Source: an uncultured delta proteobacterium
GTDB lineage: Bacteria > Myxococcota > Myxococcia > SLRQ01
Direction: 5' to 3'
Length of the DNA: 64,000 nt
Assembly: GCA_963727485.1 (NCBI GenBank)
Contig: CAVSGM010000002.1
Location: 512,001 to 576,000, forward strand
Shown here: one piece after another, positions 11,751-24,705 of the stretch
Position numbering within the stretch: position 1 is the stretch's first letter
Layout of the letters: each line of letters begins with the position of its first letter
Translations under genes and position numbers: made by a program
The notes under the pieces: generated by a model
What the model was told of the DNA's origin: nothing
What the model saw: only the letters and a program-made list of their open reading frames with translations
The model's database searches: none

Positions 11751-12442
11751 GCGCCGGGGGTGGGGGTCTCGCCCCCCACCGACGCCGCCATCCGCCCCAC
11801 GACCTCGTCGATCCCCAGCTCGGTGCTGTCCACAATCTCCCCGTCGTCGGCGGGCTTGAGCGGCGCCACCTCCCGGGTCGAGTCCTGGTGGTCGCGGCGG
11901 GCCTGGTCGGCGAGCACCTCGTCGAGGCTCACCTCGGCCCCCCGGGCCGTCAGCTCGTCGTAGCGGCGCCTGGCGCGGATCTCCGCCGACGCGGTGAGGA
12001 AGAACTTGTGGTCGGCGTCCGGGAAGACCACCGTCCCGATGTCCCGGCCCTCGAGCACCGCGCCCTCGGCCTCGGTCTCGAGGGCCAGGCGCCGCTGGAG
12101 CTCCAACAGCCCGGTGCGCACCGCCGGCCGGGCGCTCACGGTGGAGGCCCCCATGGAGATCTCCGGGGTGCGGATGAGGGGGGTCACGTCCTCGCCGGCG
12201 AGGAGCACGTGGTTGAGGCCGTCCTCGAGGTGGAAGTCGACCTCCAGCCCGTCGACGATGGCCATGAGCCCGGCGTCGTCGTCGAAGGGGATGCCGGCGC
12301 GGGTGGCCGAGAGGGCCACGGCCCGGTAGATGGCCCCGGTGTCGACCAGGGTGAAGCCGAGGCGCTCGGCCAGGGCCCGGGCCACGGTGGACTTCCCGGC
12401 GCCGGCGGGGCCGTCGATGGCGACGATGGTGGGGCGCGGCAT
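11747..12442 (-). CDS. cmk: Cytidylate kinase
   Basis: IDGPAGAGKST, DTGAIYR, EGRDIGTVVFP. Confidence 0.95.
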   Translation of the reverse strand: MPRPTIVAIDGPAGAGKSTVARALAERLGFTLVDTGAIYRAVALSATRAGIPFDDDAGLMAIVDGLEVDFHLEDGLNHVLLAGEDVTPLIRTPEISMGASTVSARPAVRTGLLELQRRLALETEAEGAVLEGRDIGTVVFPDADHKFFLTASAEIRARRRYDELTARGAEVSLDEVLADQARRDHQDSTREVAPLKPADDGEIVDSTELGIDEVVGRMAASVGGETPTPGA

Positions 12443-12584
12443 CGCCCGGCACCTACCACGCGGGGGCGAGCGGCGCCACCCCGGGGGCCCGGCCCGGGTC
12501 GCCTCGGACCCCGGCGGCATCGTGCCCCTCGTTCCACATGGAGGTATGGTCCGCCCACAACTCCCATCCGCGAGAGGAATCGTC

Positions 12585-14957
<2,373 letters not shown>

Positions 14958-14967
14958 AGAGGACCCG

Positions 14968-16132
14968 ATGAAGGACATCATCATTGCTGAAGCCGTTCGC
15001 TCGGCGGTGGGTCGTGGCCACAAGGGCACCCTCGCCACCAAGCGCCCAGACGAGCTCGCGGCCGACGTGGTCCGCGGGCTCATGGCCCGCGTGCCAGAGG
15101 CCCAGGGCAAGATCGACGACGTCGTCCTCGGCTGCGCCATGCCCGAGGGCGAGCAGGGTCTCAACATCGCCCGCCTGGTCGCGCTGACTGCCGACCTCGG
15201 CGTCGAGGTGTCGGGCCAGACGATCAACCGGTTCTGCTCGAGCGGGCTCCAGGCCATCGCGACCGCGGCCGGCTCGATCGCGATCGGCTCGTGCGACGCG
15301 GTCATCGCCGGCGGCGTCGAGTCGATGAGCTACGTGCCGATGACCGGCTTCCACCTGTCGGCGTCTCCCGAGCTCATGGACCACATGCCGACGGCGAACA
15401 CGCCGATGGGCATCACCGCCGAGAACGTGGCCAACCGGTTCGGCATCACCCGCGAGCAGCAGGACGAGTTCGCCTACCAGAGCCAGATGAAGGCCAAGGC
15501 GGCGCTGGCCTCCGGGGCCTTCGAGGACGAGATCGTTCCGGTCCGCGCGGTCGGCTACGAAGGCGGCCAACGGGTCTACCGGGACTTCACCGTCGACGAG
15601 CTGCCCCGGCCCGAGACCACCCTCGAGGGCCTGGCCAAGCTGCCGCCGGCGTTCGCCCAGGGCGGCTCGGTCACCGCCGGCAACTCGTCGCCGCTCTCCG
15701 ACGGCGCCGCCGCGGCCCTGGTCATGTCCAAGGAGAAGGCCGACGAGCTCGGCATCAAGGGCCTGGGCTACCTCCGCGCGTTCGTCACCGTCGGCGTCGA
15801 CCCGGCGATCATGGGCATCGGCCCGCTGCCGGCGGTCCAGAAGCTGCTCGAGAAGACCGGGCTGTCGATCGACGACATCGACCTGGTCGAGATGAACGAG
15901 GCCTTCGCCTCGCAGTCGGTGTACTGCCAGCGGGAGCTGGGCATCCCGGACGACAAGCTCAACGTCCACGGCGGCGCGATCGCGCTCGGTCACCCGCTCG
16001 GGTGCACCGGCGCCAAGCTCGAGCGCCACGGCGCTCCACGAGCTGCGCCGCCGCGGCGGCCGCTACGCGATCGTGACGATGTGCATCGGCGGCGGCCAGG
16101 GCGCCGCCGGTCTGTTCGAGGCGATCTCCTGA
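14968..16132 (+). CDS. fadA: Acetyl-CoA C-acyltransferase (thiolase), one frameshift near 16020
   Basis: [21 protein letters not shown]; the C-terminal MCIGGGQG is in the shifted frame, ending TGA 16130-16132. Confidence 0.9.
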
Positions 16133-16139
16133 TCGCCGG

Positions 16140-16173
16140 GCCGGTGCGCGCCCCGCCCGGGGCGCGCGCCGGC
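16140..16173. terminator. GC hairpin between convergent fadA and aroA
   Basis: GCCGGTGCGCGCCCC-GCCC-GGGGCGCGCGCCGGC, a 15-bp stem with no U-tract. Confidence 0.5.
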
Positions 16174-16190
16174 TCCCGGATCCTCCCCGG

Positions 16191-17493
16191 TCAAGCCGAG
16201 AGGCGGAGGAGCACCTCCGGGAACCCGGGGAAGCTCACGTCCATGCACCCCGGGTCGTCGAGCTCCGTGGGCCCGTCCGCCACCAGCGCCAGCACCGCCG
16301 CGGTGAGGGCGATGCGGTGGTCGCCGTGGGTGCGGATGGTCCCGGGCGCCGGCAGCGGCCCCTCGCGCCCGTGGACCACGAAGCCGCCCGACCGCGCCTC
16401 GGTGGCGACCCCGAAGCGGGCGAGCAGCTCGCAGGTGGTGGCGATGCGGTCGGACTCCTTGACCCGCAGCTCCCCCACCCCGGCGAAGCGCGTGGAGCCC
16501 TCGGCCAGCGGCCGCGACGGCCGCGAGGACTGGGACCTCGTCGATGAGGCCGGCGACGTCGGCGCCTTCGAGATCCACGCCGCGCAGGCGCCCGGCGTAC
16601 CGGGCCACCAGGGTGCCCACCGGCTCGCCGCCGACCTCCCGGGCGTCCTCCACGGCGACGTCGGCGCCGAGCTTTCGGAGGGCGTCCACGAAGGCGATGC
16701 GCGTGGGGTTCAGGCACACGTTCTCCACGCGCACCTCGCTCCCCGGAACCAGGCACGCGGCCGCCACCAGGAACGCCGCCGACGACGGGTCCCCGGGGAC
16801 CACCCGGTCCACCGGGGCCAGGCGCGCCACCGGCCCCTCGAGGCGCACGGTGGGCCCGTCCACGGTCAGGGGCGCCCCCATGGCGGCGAGCATGCGCTCG
16901 GTGTGGTCGCGCGACGGCGCCGGCTCGCTCACCGCCGTGCGGCCGATGGCCCGGAGCCCGGCCAGGAGGACGCAGCTCTTCACCTGGGCGCTCGCCACCG
17001 GGCTCTCGTAGTGGATGGCCTGGAGCCCGGCGCCGGTGACGGTGAGCGGCAGGGTCAGGCTGCCGCCGCGATCGGTGCCCTCGACGAGGGCGCCCATCCG
17101 CCGCAGGGGCGTCGCCACCCGGGCCATGGGCCGGCGCGAGAGGGAGGCGTCGCCGGTGAAGGTCACCGGGAAGCCCCGGCCGGCGACCACCCCGGCCAGG
17201 AGGCGCACGGTGGTCCCGGAGTTCCCGGCGTCGAGGGGGCCGGCGGGCTCGGTGAGGCCGTCCAGGCCGGTGCCGTGGACCCGCACCGCCCCCGGCCCCA
17301 GGTCCTCGAAGCGGACGCCCAGGGCCTCGAGGCACCGGCGGGTGCTGGCGACGTCGGCCCCGGCCGAGAGCCCCGTGACCGTGGACGGCCCGTCGGCGAG
17401 CGCCCCGAGGATGAGGGACCGGTGGCCGATGGACTTGTCCCCGGGGACCTCGACCTGGCCCTTCAGGGGGCCCGCCGCCGGGTGGAGCGTCAT
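16191..17493 (-). CDS. aroA: EPSP synthase (one frameshift near 16511)
   Basis: PGDKSIGHR, DAGNSGTT, ASAQVKS, RDHTE; ELRVKESDR and DHR are in the second frame. Confidence 0.93.
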
Positions 17494-17584
17494 GGCCGCA
17501 GCGGTAGCACGGGGCCGGCTCGCGCGAAAGACGGCCGTGCCGGCCTCGGGCGCGCCTGGGCGGCCCCCCCGGGGGCGCCGCACC

Positions 17585-17692
17585 TGTGCAGCGTGCTTCA
17601 CAACCCGCGGTCCCATGGTGGCGGGAGCGCCGGCGCCGTGCCCGCCAAGCCGCTGGAATCGTGGGCCCAGGCGAATTGGTATGACCGATGCT
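17585..17692 (+). promoter_or_regulatory. Candidate sigma-54 promoter with an upstream palindrome
   Basis: TTGGTATGACCGATGCT (GG-N10-GC) at 17676-17692; TGTGCA-N6-TTCACA at 17585-17602. Confidence 0.5.
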
Positions 17693-17705
17693 GCGCTCCC
17701 GGGGC

Positions 17706-20033
17706 ATGGTCCGCCATCCACTGGTCCCCTTCGCCCTCCCCATCCTGGCCCTCTACCTGCTCGCCGCCGGCTGCACCTTCGGCGGCGCGAGCGCGAGCGG
17801 CCGCGCGTCGAGCCCCTGCCCCGAGGGGCAGGCGTGCACCGACGCCGCCGGCCACCCGGGCGTCTGCGACGGGTTCGGCTGCGAGGTGGCCTGCACCCTG
17901 GGCGAGGCGGACTGCTGCGTGGTCGACCAGGACTGCGCCGCCCTGGGCCAGGACCAGAACCCCGGGGTCTGCGCCAAGGAGACGGGCACCTGCGTCCTTG
18001 CCTGCGCCACGGACGCCGACTGCGCCAGCGTCGACCACGTCGCCGGGGACTGCCACGGCCCCGGGTGCGTGTGCGATCGCGGGGCCTGCCACGGCCCCGG
18101 GTGCGTGTGCAATCGCGGGGCCTGCCACGTCCCCCCGTGCTCGAGCGACGCCGACTGCGGCTCGGGTGCACGCTGCGTCGCCGGGACCTGCGGCCCCGGG
18201 GTCGCCGCCACCGCCTGCGAGGTGCTCCCCGGGCCTCTCACCCTGACCCCGGGCGCGGTCCGGCCCCTCACCGCCCTCGCGCGGGACGGCTCGGGGCCGG
18301 TCCTCCCGGCCACGCCCTTCGCCTGGTGGTCCAGCGACCCGGCGGTGGCCACCGTGGTCCCGTCCTCCGGGGAGGTCGTCGGGGGCGCCCGGCCGGGGAC
18401 CACCACCATCACCGCCGCGACGGGGTCCGCCAGATGCACCACGGAGGTGCGCAACCTCGGTCCCCGGCCCAGCGGGATCCTCCGGGTGGTGGCGCTGGAC
18501 CCGGTCACCCACCGGGGGATCCCGGGCGCCACCGTGGTCGTGCGCCAGGGCGGCGCCGAGCTCGCCTCGGGGGTGACCGGCGCCACCGGCCTGGCCGACC
18601 TCGCGGGCATCCCACCGGGCCCCGTGGACGTGGACGTCCTGCCCCTCGCGCCCGATGGCGGGACGGGGCCCGATGGCGGGACCGCCCCCAACGGCCGCAA
18701 CTGGGTCACCCTCGCCGGGGTCCGGGCCCGGGACCTCCTGGTGCCCCTCGTCCCCAACCCGGTGCGCGACGTGGCCGGCGGGGTCAGGGGGACCGTGTCG
18801 CCCGACACCTTCACGGCCCTGTCGCCGAGCACGGCCCACATGGCGCTGGTGGGCTTCTCCTGGCCGGGCGCCCTCGACGCCCTGGATCTCCGCCGGCTCG
18901 CCGGCCCCTTCGCCCCGGCCTCCTTCGAGATCGCCGGCGTGCAGGTGAACGCCAGCTTCTACTCGGGGCTGGAGCTCGGCATCGGCGACAGGCTCCTCAC
19001 CGGTGGGTACGCCCCGGTGGGCATCCCCGGCCGCCGGGTGCTCTTCGCCCTGGTGGGCAACACGCCCTTGGACCAGTGGCTGCAGAACGCGAGCGCGTTC
19101 CTCCAAGCCGACCCCGAGGCCACGATCCCCGCCGGCGACCTCGCCGCGGCCATCCTCCCGAGCTTCGACCGCTGGGACTACACCGGCCTCACGCGGCCCG
19201 CCACCGCGGTGACGCCCCAGCCCCTGGTGGATGGCGCCCCGGACCTCGAGCACTTCCCCGAGCTCCAGGTCGCCCCCGGCCCCAAGCTCCGCCACCAGGT
19301 GACCATCGACCTGCCGGAGCTGCCCTCGGGGCGCGACGGCGGGCCGGTCGGCGGGATGCTGGCCCTCGCCGGGGTCTTCGTCGACGGGGAGGGCTTCGCG
19401 CCCCTGGGCATGGACCTGGGCGTGGACGTGCTGGGCCGCCAGGACGAGTGGCCCGACGGCACGGTGGACGGCGTCGGCGGCCTCCCGGACGGGGCGATGT
19501 CGCTCTTCTGGGCGCCGCCGAGCGCCGGCCTCGAGGGCCGGGCGCCGTGGCTGCTGCTAATCGCCGGGAGCACCGAGTCCCTCGCCGGGGGCGACCCCTC
19601 CGCGGACGCCTCCCGATCCACCCGGCTGATCCACCTCACGGGGCTGACCCACGGCGTCGCCCTGGACGCCTCGGCGCCCATGCTCCCGGTGCCCTCCGGT
19701 GCCAGCTGGGACCCTGCGACGCGCACGGCCACCGCGGTGTTCCCGGACGGAGCGACGGTCCATCGATGGACTCTCGAGGACGCCGAGGGTCACCGGTGGG
19801 TGGTACTGGCGCCCGGCGATGCAGGCTCCGTCACCCTCCCCGACGAGGCCGCCCGGTGCGCCGCGCCCCTCTGCGCCGATCCGGCGACGGCACCGGTGCG
19901 AGGCTTCGTCGGCGCCCTGGTACTGGTCCGCGGGCTCTCCTACGACGCCCTGGCGCGCCTCGACGGCACCGACCTCGACCGGCTGCCCCGGCTCGCCCTC
20001 GAGACCTCCCGGGCCGAGGTGGTGCTGCGGTGA
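17706..20033 (+). CDS. Cys-rich lipoprotein with Ig-like (Big_2-like) domain; paralog of 32462-34732
   Basis: Lipobox LLAAGC, dense Cys N-terminal region, WWSSDPAVATV Ig motif, collinear similarity to the 32462 protein. Confidence 0.75.
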   Translation: MVRHPLVPFALPILALYLLAAGCTFGGASASGRASSPCPEGQACTDAAGHPGVCDGFGCEVACTLGEADCCVVDQDCAALGQDQNPGVCAKETGTCVLACATDADCASVDHVAGDCHGPGCVCDRGACHGPGCVCNRGACHVPPCSSDADCGSGARCVAGTCGPGVAATACEVLPGPLTLTPGAVRPLTALARDGSGPVLPATPFAWWSSDPAVATVVPSSGEVVGGARPGTTTITAATGSARCTTEVRNLGPRPSGILRVVALDPVTHRGIPGATVVVRQGGAELASGVTGATGLADLAGIPPGPVDVDVLPLAPDGGTGPDGGTAPNGRNWVTLAGVRARDLLVPLVPNPVRDVAGGVRGTVSPDTFTALSPSTAHMALVGFSWPGALDALDLRRLAGPFAPASFEIAGVQVNASFYSGLELGIGDRLLTGGYAPVGIPGRRVLFALVGNTPLDQWLQNASAFLQADPEATIPAGDLAAAILPSFDRWDYTGLTRPATAVTPQPLVDGAPDLEHFPELQVAPGPKLRHQVTIDLPELPSGRDGGPVGGMLALAGVFVDGEGFAPLGMDLGVDVLGRQDEWPDGTVDGVGGLPDGAMSLFWAPPSAGLEGRAPWLLLIAGSTESLAGGDPSADASRSTRLIHLTGLTHGVALDASAPMLPVPSGASWDPATRTATAVFPDGATVHRWTLEDAEGHRWVVLAPGDAGSVTLPDEAARCAAPLCADPATAPVRGFVGALVLVRGLSYDALARLDGTDLDRLPRLALETSRAEVVLR
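18051..18129 (+). repeat. 36-bp in-frame tandem duplication (CHGPGCVC[D/N]RGA x2)
   Basis: Units 18051-18086 and 18087-18122 differ by one base. Confidence 0.9.
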
Positions 20034-20638
20034 TCCCGGGCTGGCGCCACGCGCGGTCTGCGGTCGCCACCGCCGGGCTCGTGGCCCTGCTCTGGACCCC
20101 GGCCGCCCACGCCGCCGGAGGCACCGCGCCAGCACCTCCGCGGGCACCGCCGAGGCTCGAGTGGCTGGTAGGCGGTGGTCTCGGGAGCGACCTCTTTGCC
20201 CTGAGCACGATGGTCCGGGGCACGCTCTGGCCCACGCCCTGGCTTGGCCTCGGGGTGGACGGCCGCCTCTTCCTCATGACCACGCTGCTGCTGGGGGGAC
20301 TGGATCAGGCCGGCGTCGACTTATCCGTCTCCGGGCGGTGGCCCCACGCTGGCGCCGACCTGCTCGTCCGGGCGGCGGCGGGTCCGGCATGGACGGAGGT
20401 GGCGCCCGGCGAGATCGCGCCCACCCACAGCGGACGCGTTCTTCTGGGGCCGGGCGTGCCCCGCGCGGGTCCGGCCCTGAACGCCGCGCTGGAGGTGGAC
20501 GTCGCGCTTCACGACCATCCCCACTCGGACCTGGTGATCGGCCTGCGCGGCGACCTCGGCGTGTCCGCGTGGGGGGCACACTGGGGGTCGGTGGAGCTGG
20601 TCTTCGGCCTCGGCTGGCCGCTCTCCCACGGCGGGTGA
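20030..20638 (+). CDS. Secreted hypothetical protein, probable small outer-membrane beta-barrel
   Basis: GTGA overlap with the lipoprotein stop, signal peptide ending AHA, alternating amphipathic strands ending VELVFGLGW. Confidence 0.55.
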   Translation: MIPGWRHARSAVATAGLVALLWTPAAHAAGGTAPAPPRAPPRLEWLVGGGLGSDLFALSTMVRGTLWPTPWLGLGVDGRLFLMTTLLLGGLDQAGVDLSVSGRWPHAGADLLVRAAAGPAWTEVAPGEIAPTHSGRVLLGPGVPRAGPALNAALEVDVALHDHPHSDLVIGLRGDLGVSAWGAHWGSVELVFGLGWPLSHGG

Positions 20639-20649
20639 CGCGCGCCCTC

Positions 20650-21447
20650 TCAGGTGCCCCCCGCCGCCTCGAGCCACGCCCGGAGCGCCTCGGGGTCGCC
20701 GGCGTCCACCAGCCGGCGCGCCTCGGCCACCGCCTGCTCGAAGTCCCCGAGCGCCTCCAGCACCGCCTCCCGGTTTTGCACCAGGACGTCGCGCCACATC
20801 ACCGGGTCGCTCCCGGCGAGGCGGAGCATGTCCCGGAGCCCGTCGCCGGCGAGGTCGGGCTCGGCGCACTCGGCGAAGTGCGCCAGGGCGAAGCTCACCA
20901 GATGCGGCAGGTGGCTGGTGCGCGCCAGCGCCGTGTCGTGGTCGCCGGCGGGGAGGAAGACCACCCGGCTCCCGGCGTCGCGCCACAGGCCCGCCACCCG
21001 GTCCGCCAGGGGCCCCTCGGCGCAGAGCACCGTGACCTTGCCGGCGAAGAGGTCGGCGCGGGCGGCGTCGGGGCCGCTTTGGTCGCTGCCGGCGATGGGG
21101 TGGCCGGGGACGTAGGCGACGCCCTCGGGGAGCGCGCCGGGGAGTTCGGCGACGAGGCGCGCCTTGGTGGAGCCGGTGTCGGTGGCCACGGTGCCGGGCT
21201 TGAGGCCCGGGGCCACCGCGCGGGCGACGTCGACCATGGCCCCCACCGGCACCGCCAGGAACACCACCTCGGCCGCCGCACCCACCGCCTCGGGCGCCTC
21301 GACCACCCGGTCCACCAGGCCCGCCGCGAGGGCCCGCGCCCGCACCTCGGGATCGGCGTCATGCCCGGTGACCCGGTGCCCCGCGGCCTTCAGCGCCGCG
21401 CCCAAAGACCCGCCGACGAGCCCCAGGCCGACGACGGCGACGTTCAT
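20650..21447 (-). CDS. tyrA: Prephenate dehydrogenase
   Basis: GLGLVGGS, TDTGSTK, GHPIAGS, TSHLPHL. Confidence 0.9.
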   Translation of the reverse strand: MNVAVVGLGLVGGSLGAALKAAGHRVTGHDADPEVRARALAAGLVDRVVEAPEAVGAAAEVVFLAVPVGAMVDVARAVAPGLKPGTVATDTGSTKARLVAELPGALPEGVAYVPGHPIAGSDQSGPDAARADLFAGKVTVLCAEGPLADRVAGLWRDAGSRVVFLPAGDHDTALARTSHLPHLVSFALAHFAECAEPDLAGDGLRDMLRLAGSDPVMWRDVLVQNREAVLEALGDFEQAVAEARRLVDAGDPEALRAWLEAAGGT

Positions 21448-22553
21448 CCCCCGAGGACCTTCTTCAGGGCACGGACCACCCGGGCGTTCTCCTCGGGGAG
21501 GCCCACGCTGATGCGCGCGCTCTCGAGGAACCCGTAGCCCGCCATGGGCCGGATGATGACCCCCTCGCGCAGGCACGCCTCGAAGACCTCGGTCCCCGGC
21601 CGGCCGAAGTCGGCGAGGACGAAGTTCGCCACGCTCGGGGTCACGGTGACGCCCACCTCGGGCAGCGCCTCCCTGAAGTAGGCGAGGCCCTCGGCGTTCA
21701 GCTTCCGGCTGCGCCGCACGTGCTCGGTGTCGTCGAGGGCCGCCAGCGCCGCCACCTGCCCCAGGCTGTTCACGTTGAACGGCGCCCGCACCCGGTTCAC
21801 GTAGTCGGCGAGCTGCGCCGGCATCACCCCGTAGCCCACGCGCATCCCCGCGAGCCCATGGATCTTGGAGAAGGTCCGGAGCACCACGAGATTCGGGTGG
21901 CTCTCGCGGAAGTGGAGGCCGTCGGGGTAGTCGTCCTCGGTGACGTACTCGAGGTAGGCCTCGTCGAGGACCACGATGACCTGCTCGGGGAGCCGCGAGA
22001 GGAAGCGCCCGAGGGTCTTGCGATCGACCCAGGTCCCGGTGGGGTTGTTGGGGTTGGCCACGAAGACCATGCGGGTGCGCTCGGTCACCGCGTCGGCCAT
22101 GGCGTCGAGGTCGAAGGTCCGGTCCTTCATGGGCACCGAGACCGCGCTGACCCCGTGGGCCTGGAGCGCCAGCTTGTAGACGATGAACGAGCCCTCGCTG
22201 ATGATCGCCTCGTCGTCCCCCTCGGCCACCGTGCCCCGGGGCCGGAGGAACGTCCGCACCAGCAGCTCGAGCAGCTCGTTGGAGCCGTTGCCGACGACCA
22301 GCTCCTCGGTGCGCACCCCGAGGACCTCGGCGAGGTGGCGCTTGAGGTAGAAGCACGCCCCGTCGGGGTAGAGGTGAGCCTTGGCGACCGCCTCACGCAC
22401 CGCCTCGATCGCCTTCTGGCCCGGGCCCAGGGGGTTCTCGTTGCTGGCGAGCTTGGCGACCCCGGTGATCCCGAGCTCGCGCTCGGTCTCCTCGATGGGC
22501 TTGCCGGGGACGTAGGGCTTGAGGCTCTCGATGTGCGGGGGGACCAGGCTCAT
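21444..22553 (-). CDS. hisC: Histidinol-phosphate aminotransferase
   Basis: KLASNENP, NPNNPTG, DEAY, RTFSKIHGLAGMRVGY. Confidence 0.92.
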   Translation of the reverse strand: MSLVPPHIESLKPYVPGKPIEETERELGITGVAKLASNENPLGPGQKAIEAVREAVAKAHLYPDGACFYLKRHLAEVLGVRTEELVVGNGSNELLELLVRTFLRPRGTVAEGDDEAIISEGSFIVYKLALQAHGVSAVSVPMKDRTFDLDAMADAVTERTRMVFVANPNNPTGTWVDRKTLGRFLSRLPEQVIVVLDEAYLEYVTEDDYPDGLHFRESHPNLVVLRTFSKIHGLAGMRVGYGVMPAQLADYVNRVRAPFNVNSLGQVAALAALDDTEHVRRSRKLNAEGLAYFREALPEVGVTVTPSVANFVLADFGRPGTEVFEACLREGVIIRPMAGYGFLESARISVGLPEENARVVRALKKVLGG

Positions 22554-23653
22554 GGCGCGCTCCCTGGGGGGGCGAGGCGGCGCTCGGCGCGCGGATAGCT
22601 GCCGAGGACCTTGAGGTAGCTCGCCCGGGCGCGGACTTCGGCCAGGGCGGCGGCGACGGGGGCGTCGGATTGGTGCCCCTCGAGATCGACGAAGAACAGG
22701 TACTCGAAGGGGTGCTCGCGCCGGGGCCGGCTCTCGATCTTGGAGAGGTTGAGGCCCCCCTCGGCGAGCGGTGCCAGCACGTCGAAGAGCCCCCCGGGGC
22801 GGTGCTCGGCGGCGACGATGAGGCTGGTCTTGTCGGCGCCCGTGGGGCCCACCGGCTGGGGCCCGAGGACCAGGAACCGGGTGAAGTTCCAGGCGTGGTC
22901 CTCGATGCGCGCCCGCACCACCCGCAGGTCGTAGAGGCGCGCGGCGGCCTCGCCGGCGATGGCGGCGCTCGCGGGGTCCTCGCTGGCGAGCCGCGCGGCC
23001 ATGGCCGTGGACCCCACCTCCACCAGGTTCACGTCCCGGAGGTGGTCGCGGATCCACCCCCGGCACTGGGCCGCGGGCTGGGGGTGGGTGAACACCGTCT
23101 GCACGTCCTCGATGTGCCCGGTACGCGACAGGAGCGAGAGGGACACCTCCTCCACCCGCTCGGCGACGATGGCCAGCGTGGTGGAGAGGAAGCGGTCCAG
23201 GGTCTCGCCCACCACCCCCTCGGTGGTGTTCTCGATGGGCACGATGCCGTAGGCGGCGCGCCCGCGCTCCACCTCGTCGAAGACGTCGTGGATGGTCCGC
23301 GCCGGCATCAGGCGCGCCCCCAGGCCGAAGTGGGCCTTGGCCGCCTGGTGGGAGAAGGTCCCCTCGGGCCCGAGGAAGCTCACCGTCAGCGGCTGCTCCA
23401 GGGCCAGGGAGGCGCTGATGATCTCCCGGAAGACCGTGCGCAGGCTCTCCTCGGGGAAGGTCCCGTCGCTCACCCCCGCGACCCGGTCGAGGACCGCCCG
23501 CTCGCGCTCGGGGACGTAGAACCCGGCGCCCGCCGAGCGCTTCTGCTCGCCCACCTCGCGCACCGCCTTCGCCCGCCGGTCGAGGGCGCGGACGATCTCG
23601 TCGTCGATGGCGTCGATCTCGGCGCGGAGCCGCGACAGGTCGGGCTTCTTCAT
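22550..23653 (-). CDS. pheA: Chorismate mutase / prephenate dehydratase
   Basis: LRAEIDAID, LGPEGTFS, PIENTTEG, TRF, KIESRP. Confidence 0.93.
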   Translation of the reverse strand: MKKPDLSRLRAEIDAIDDEIVRALDRRAKAVREVGEQKRSAGAGFYVPERERAVLDRVAGVSDGTFPEESLRTVFREIISASLALEQPLTVSFLGPEGTFSHQAAKAHFGLGARLMPARTIHDVFDEVERGRAAYGIVPIENTTEGVVGETLDRFLSTTLAIVAERVEEVSLSLLSRTGHIEDVQTVFTHPQPAAQCRGWIRDHLRDVNLVEVGSTAMAARLASEDPASAAIAGEAAARLYDLRVVRARIEDHAWNFTRFLVLGPQPVGPTGADKTSLIVAAEHRPGGLFDVLAPLAEGGLNLSKIESRPRREHPFEYLFFVDLEGHQSDAPVAAALAEVRARASYLKVLGSYPRAERRLAPPGSAP

Positions 23654-23659
23654 GGCGCG

Positions 23660-24628
23660 CTACTGGGCGAGGAGGGCGCCGATGCGCCGGAACTTGTCGT
23701 ACCGGTCCTCCACCAGCTCGCGCCCCGAGAGCTCCTTGAGGGTGGTGAGGTGACGCTTGAGGGCGTCCCCCACCAGCTCCGCCGCGGCGACGTGGTCGCG
23801 GTGGGCCCCGCCCTGGGGCTCGGTGATCCGCTCGTCGCAGATGCCGAACCCGGTGAGGTCCTCGGCGGTGAGCTTCAGGTCGTCGGCGGCCTTCTCGGCG
23901 CGGCCCGGATCCCGGTAGAGGATGGAGCTGCAGGCCTCGGGGCTGATCACCGAGTAGATCGAGTACTCGAGCATCAGCAGGCGGTTGGCGACGGCGATGC
24001 CCAGCGCCCCGCCCGAGCCGCCCTCGCCGATGACCACGCTGACGATGGGCACCTTGAGGCGGCTCATCACCTCGAGGTTCTTGGCGATGGCCTCGGCCTG
24101 GCCGCGCTCCTCGGCGCCGATGCCCGGGTAGGCCCCGGGGGTGTCGACGAAGGTGATGATGGGGCGGTGGAAGCGCTCGGCGAGGTCCATGATCCGCAGG
24201 GCCTTGCGGTAGCCCTCGGGGCGGGGCATCCCGAAGTTGCGGAGCATGTTCTCCTTGGTGTTCCGCCCCTTCTGGTGCCCGATGATGCACACCGGCTCGT
24301 TGCGCAGGTACCCGAAGCCCCCGACGATGGCCGGGTCCTCGCCGAAGTGCCGATCGCCGTGGAGCTCCACGAAGTCGGTGCACAGCAGCCGGATGTAGTC
24401 GAGGGTGTAGGGCCGGCTGTTGTGCCGGGAGAGCTGCACCACCTGCCACCGGGAGAGGTCCTTGAAGATCTCCTTCTGGAGCTTCTCGGCCTTGCGCTCG
24501 AGCTTCTTGATCTCGGCGTCGAGGTTCACCGAGCTGGTGCCCGACATCTGGCGCAGCTCCTCGATCTTCTGCTCGAGGTCGAGGAGGGGCCGCTCGAAGT
24601 CGAGGGCGTGATGAGCCGGCATTCCCAT
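23660..24628 (-). CDS. accA: Acetyl-CoA carboxylase carboxyltransferase alpha subunit
   Basis: RNFGMPRPEGYRKA, DTPGAYPG, GEGGSGGALG. Confidence 0.96.
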   Translation of the reverse strand: MGMPAHHALDFERPLLDLEQKIEELRQMSGTSSVNLDAEIKKLERKAEKLQKEIFKDLSRWQVVQLSRHNSRPYTLDYIRLLCTDFVELHGDRHFGEDPAIVGGFGYLRNEPVCIIGHQKGRNTKENMLRNFGMPRPEGYRKALRIMDLAERFHRPIITFVDTPGAYPGIGAEERGQAEAIAKNLEVMSRLKVPIVSVVIGEGGSGGALGIAVANRLLMLEYSIYSVISPEACSSILYRDPGRAEKAADDLKLTAEDLTGFGICDERITEPQGGAHRDHVAAAELVGDALKRHLTTLKELSGRELVEDRYDKFRRIGALLAQ

Positions 24629-24705
24629 GGAGCGGCCTGTCTATCACCGCCCGGTTGCCGACGCCAAGACGCGCCGCGCCCCCGGTGGTCAGACCACAGG
24701 CGCCC

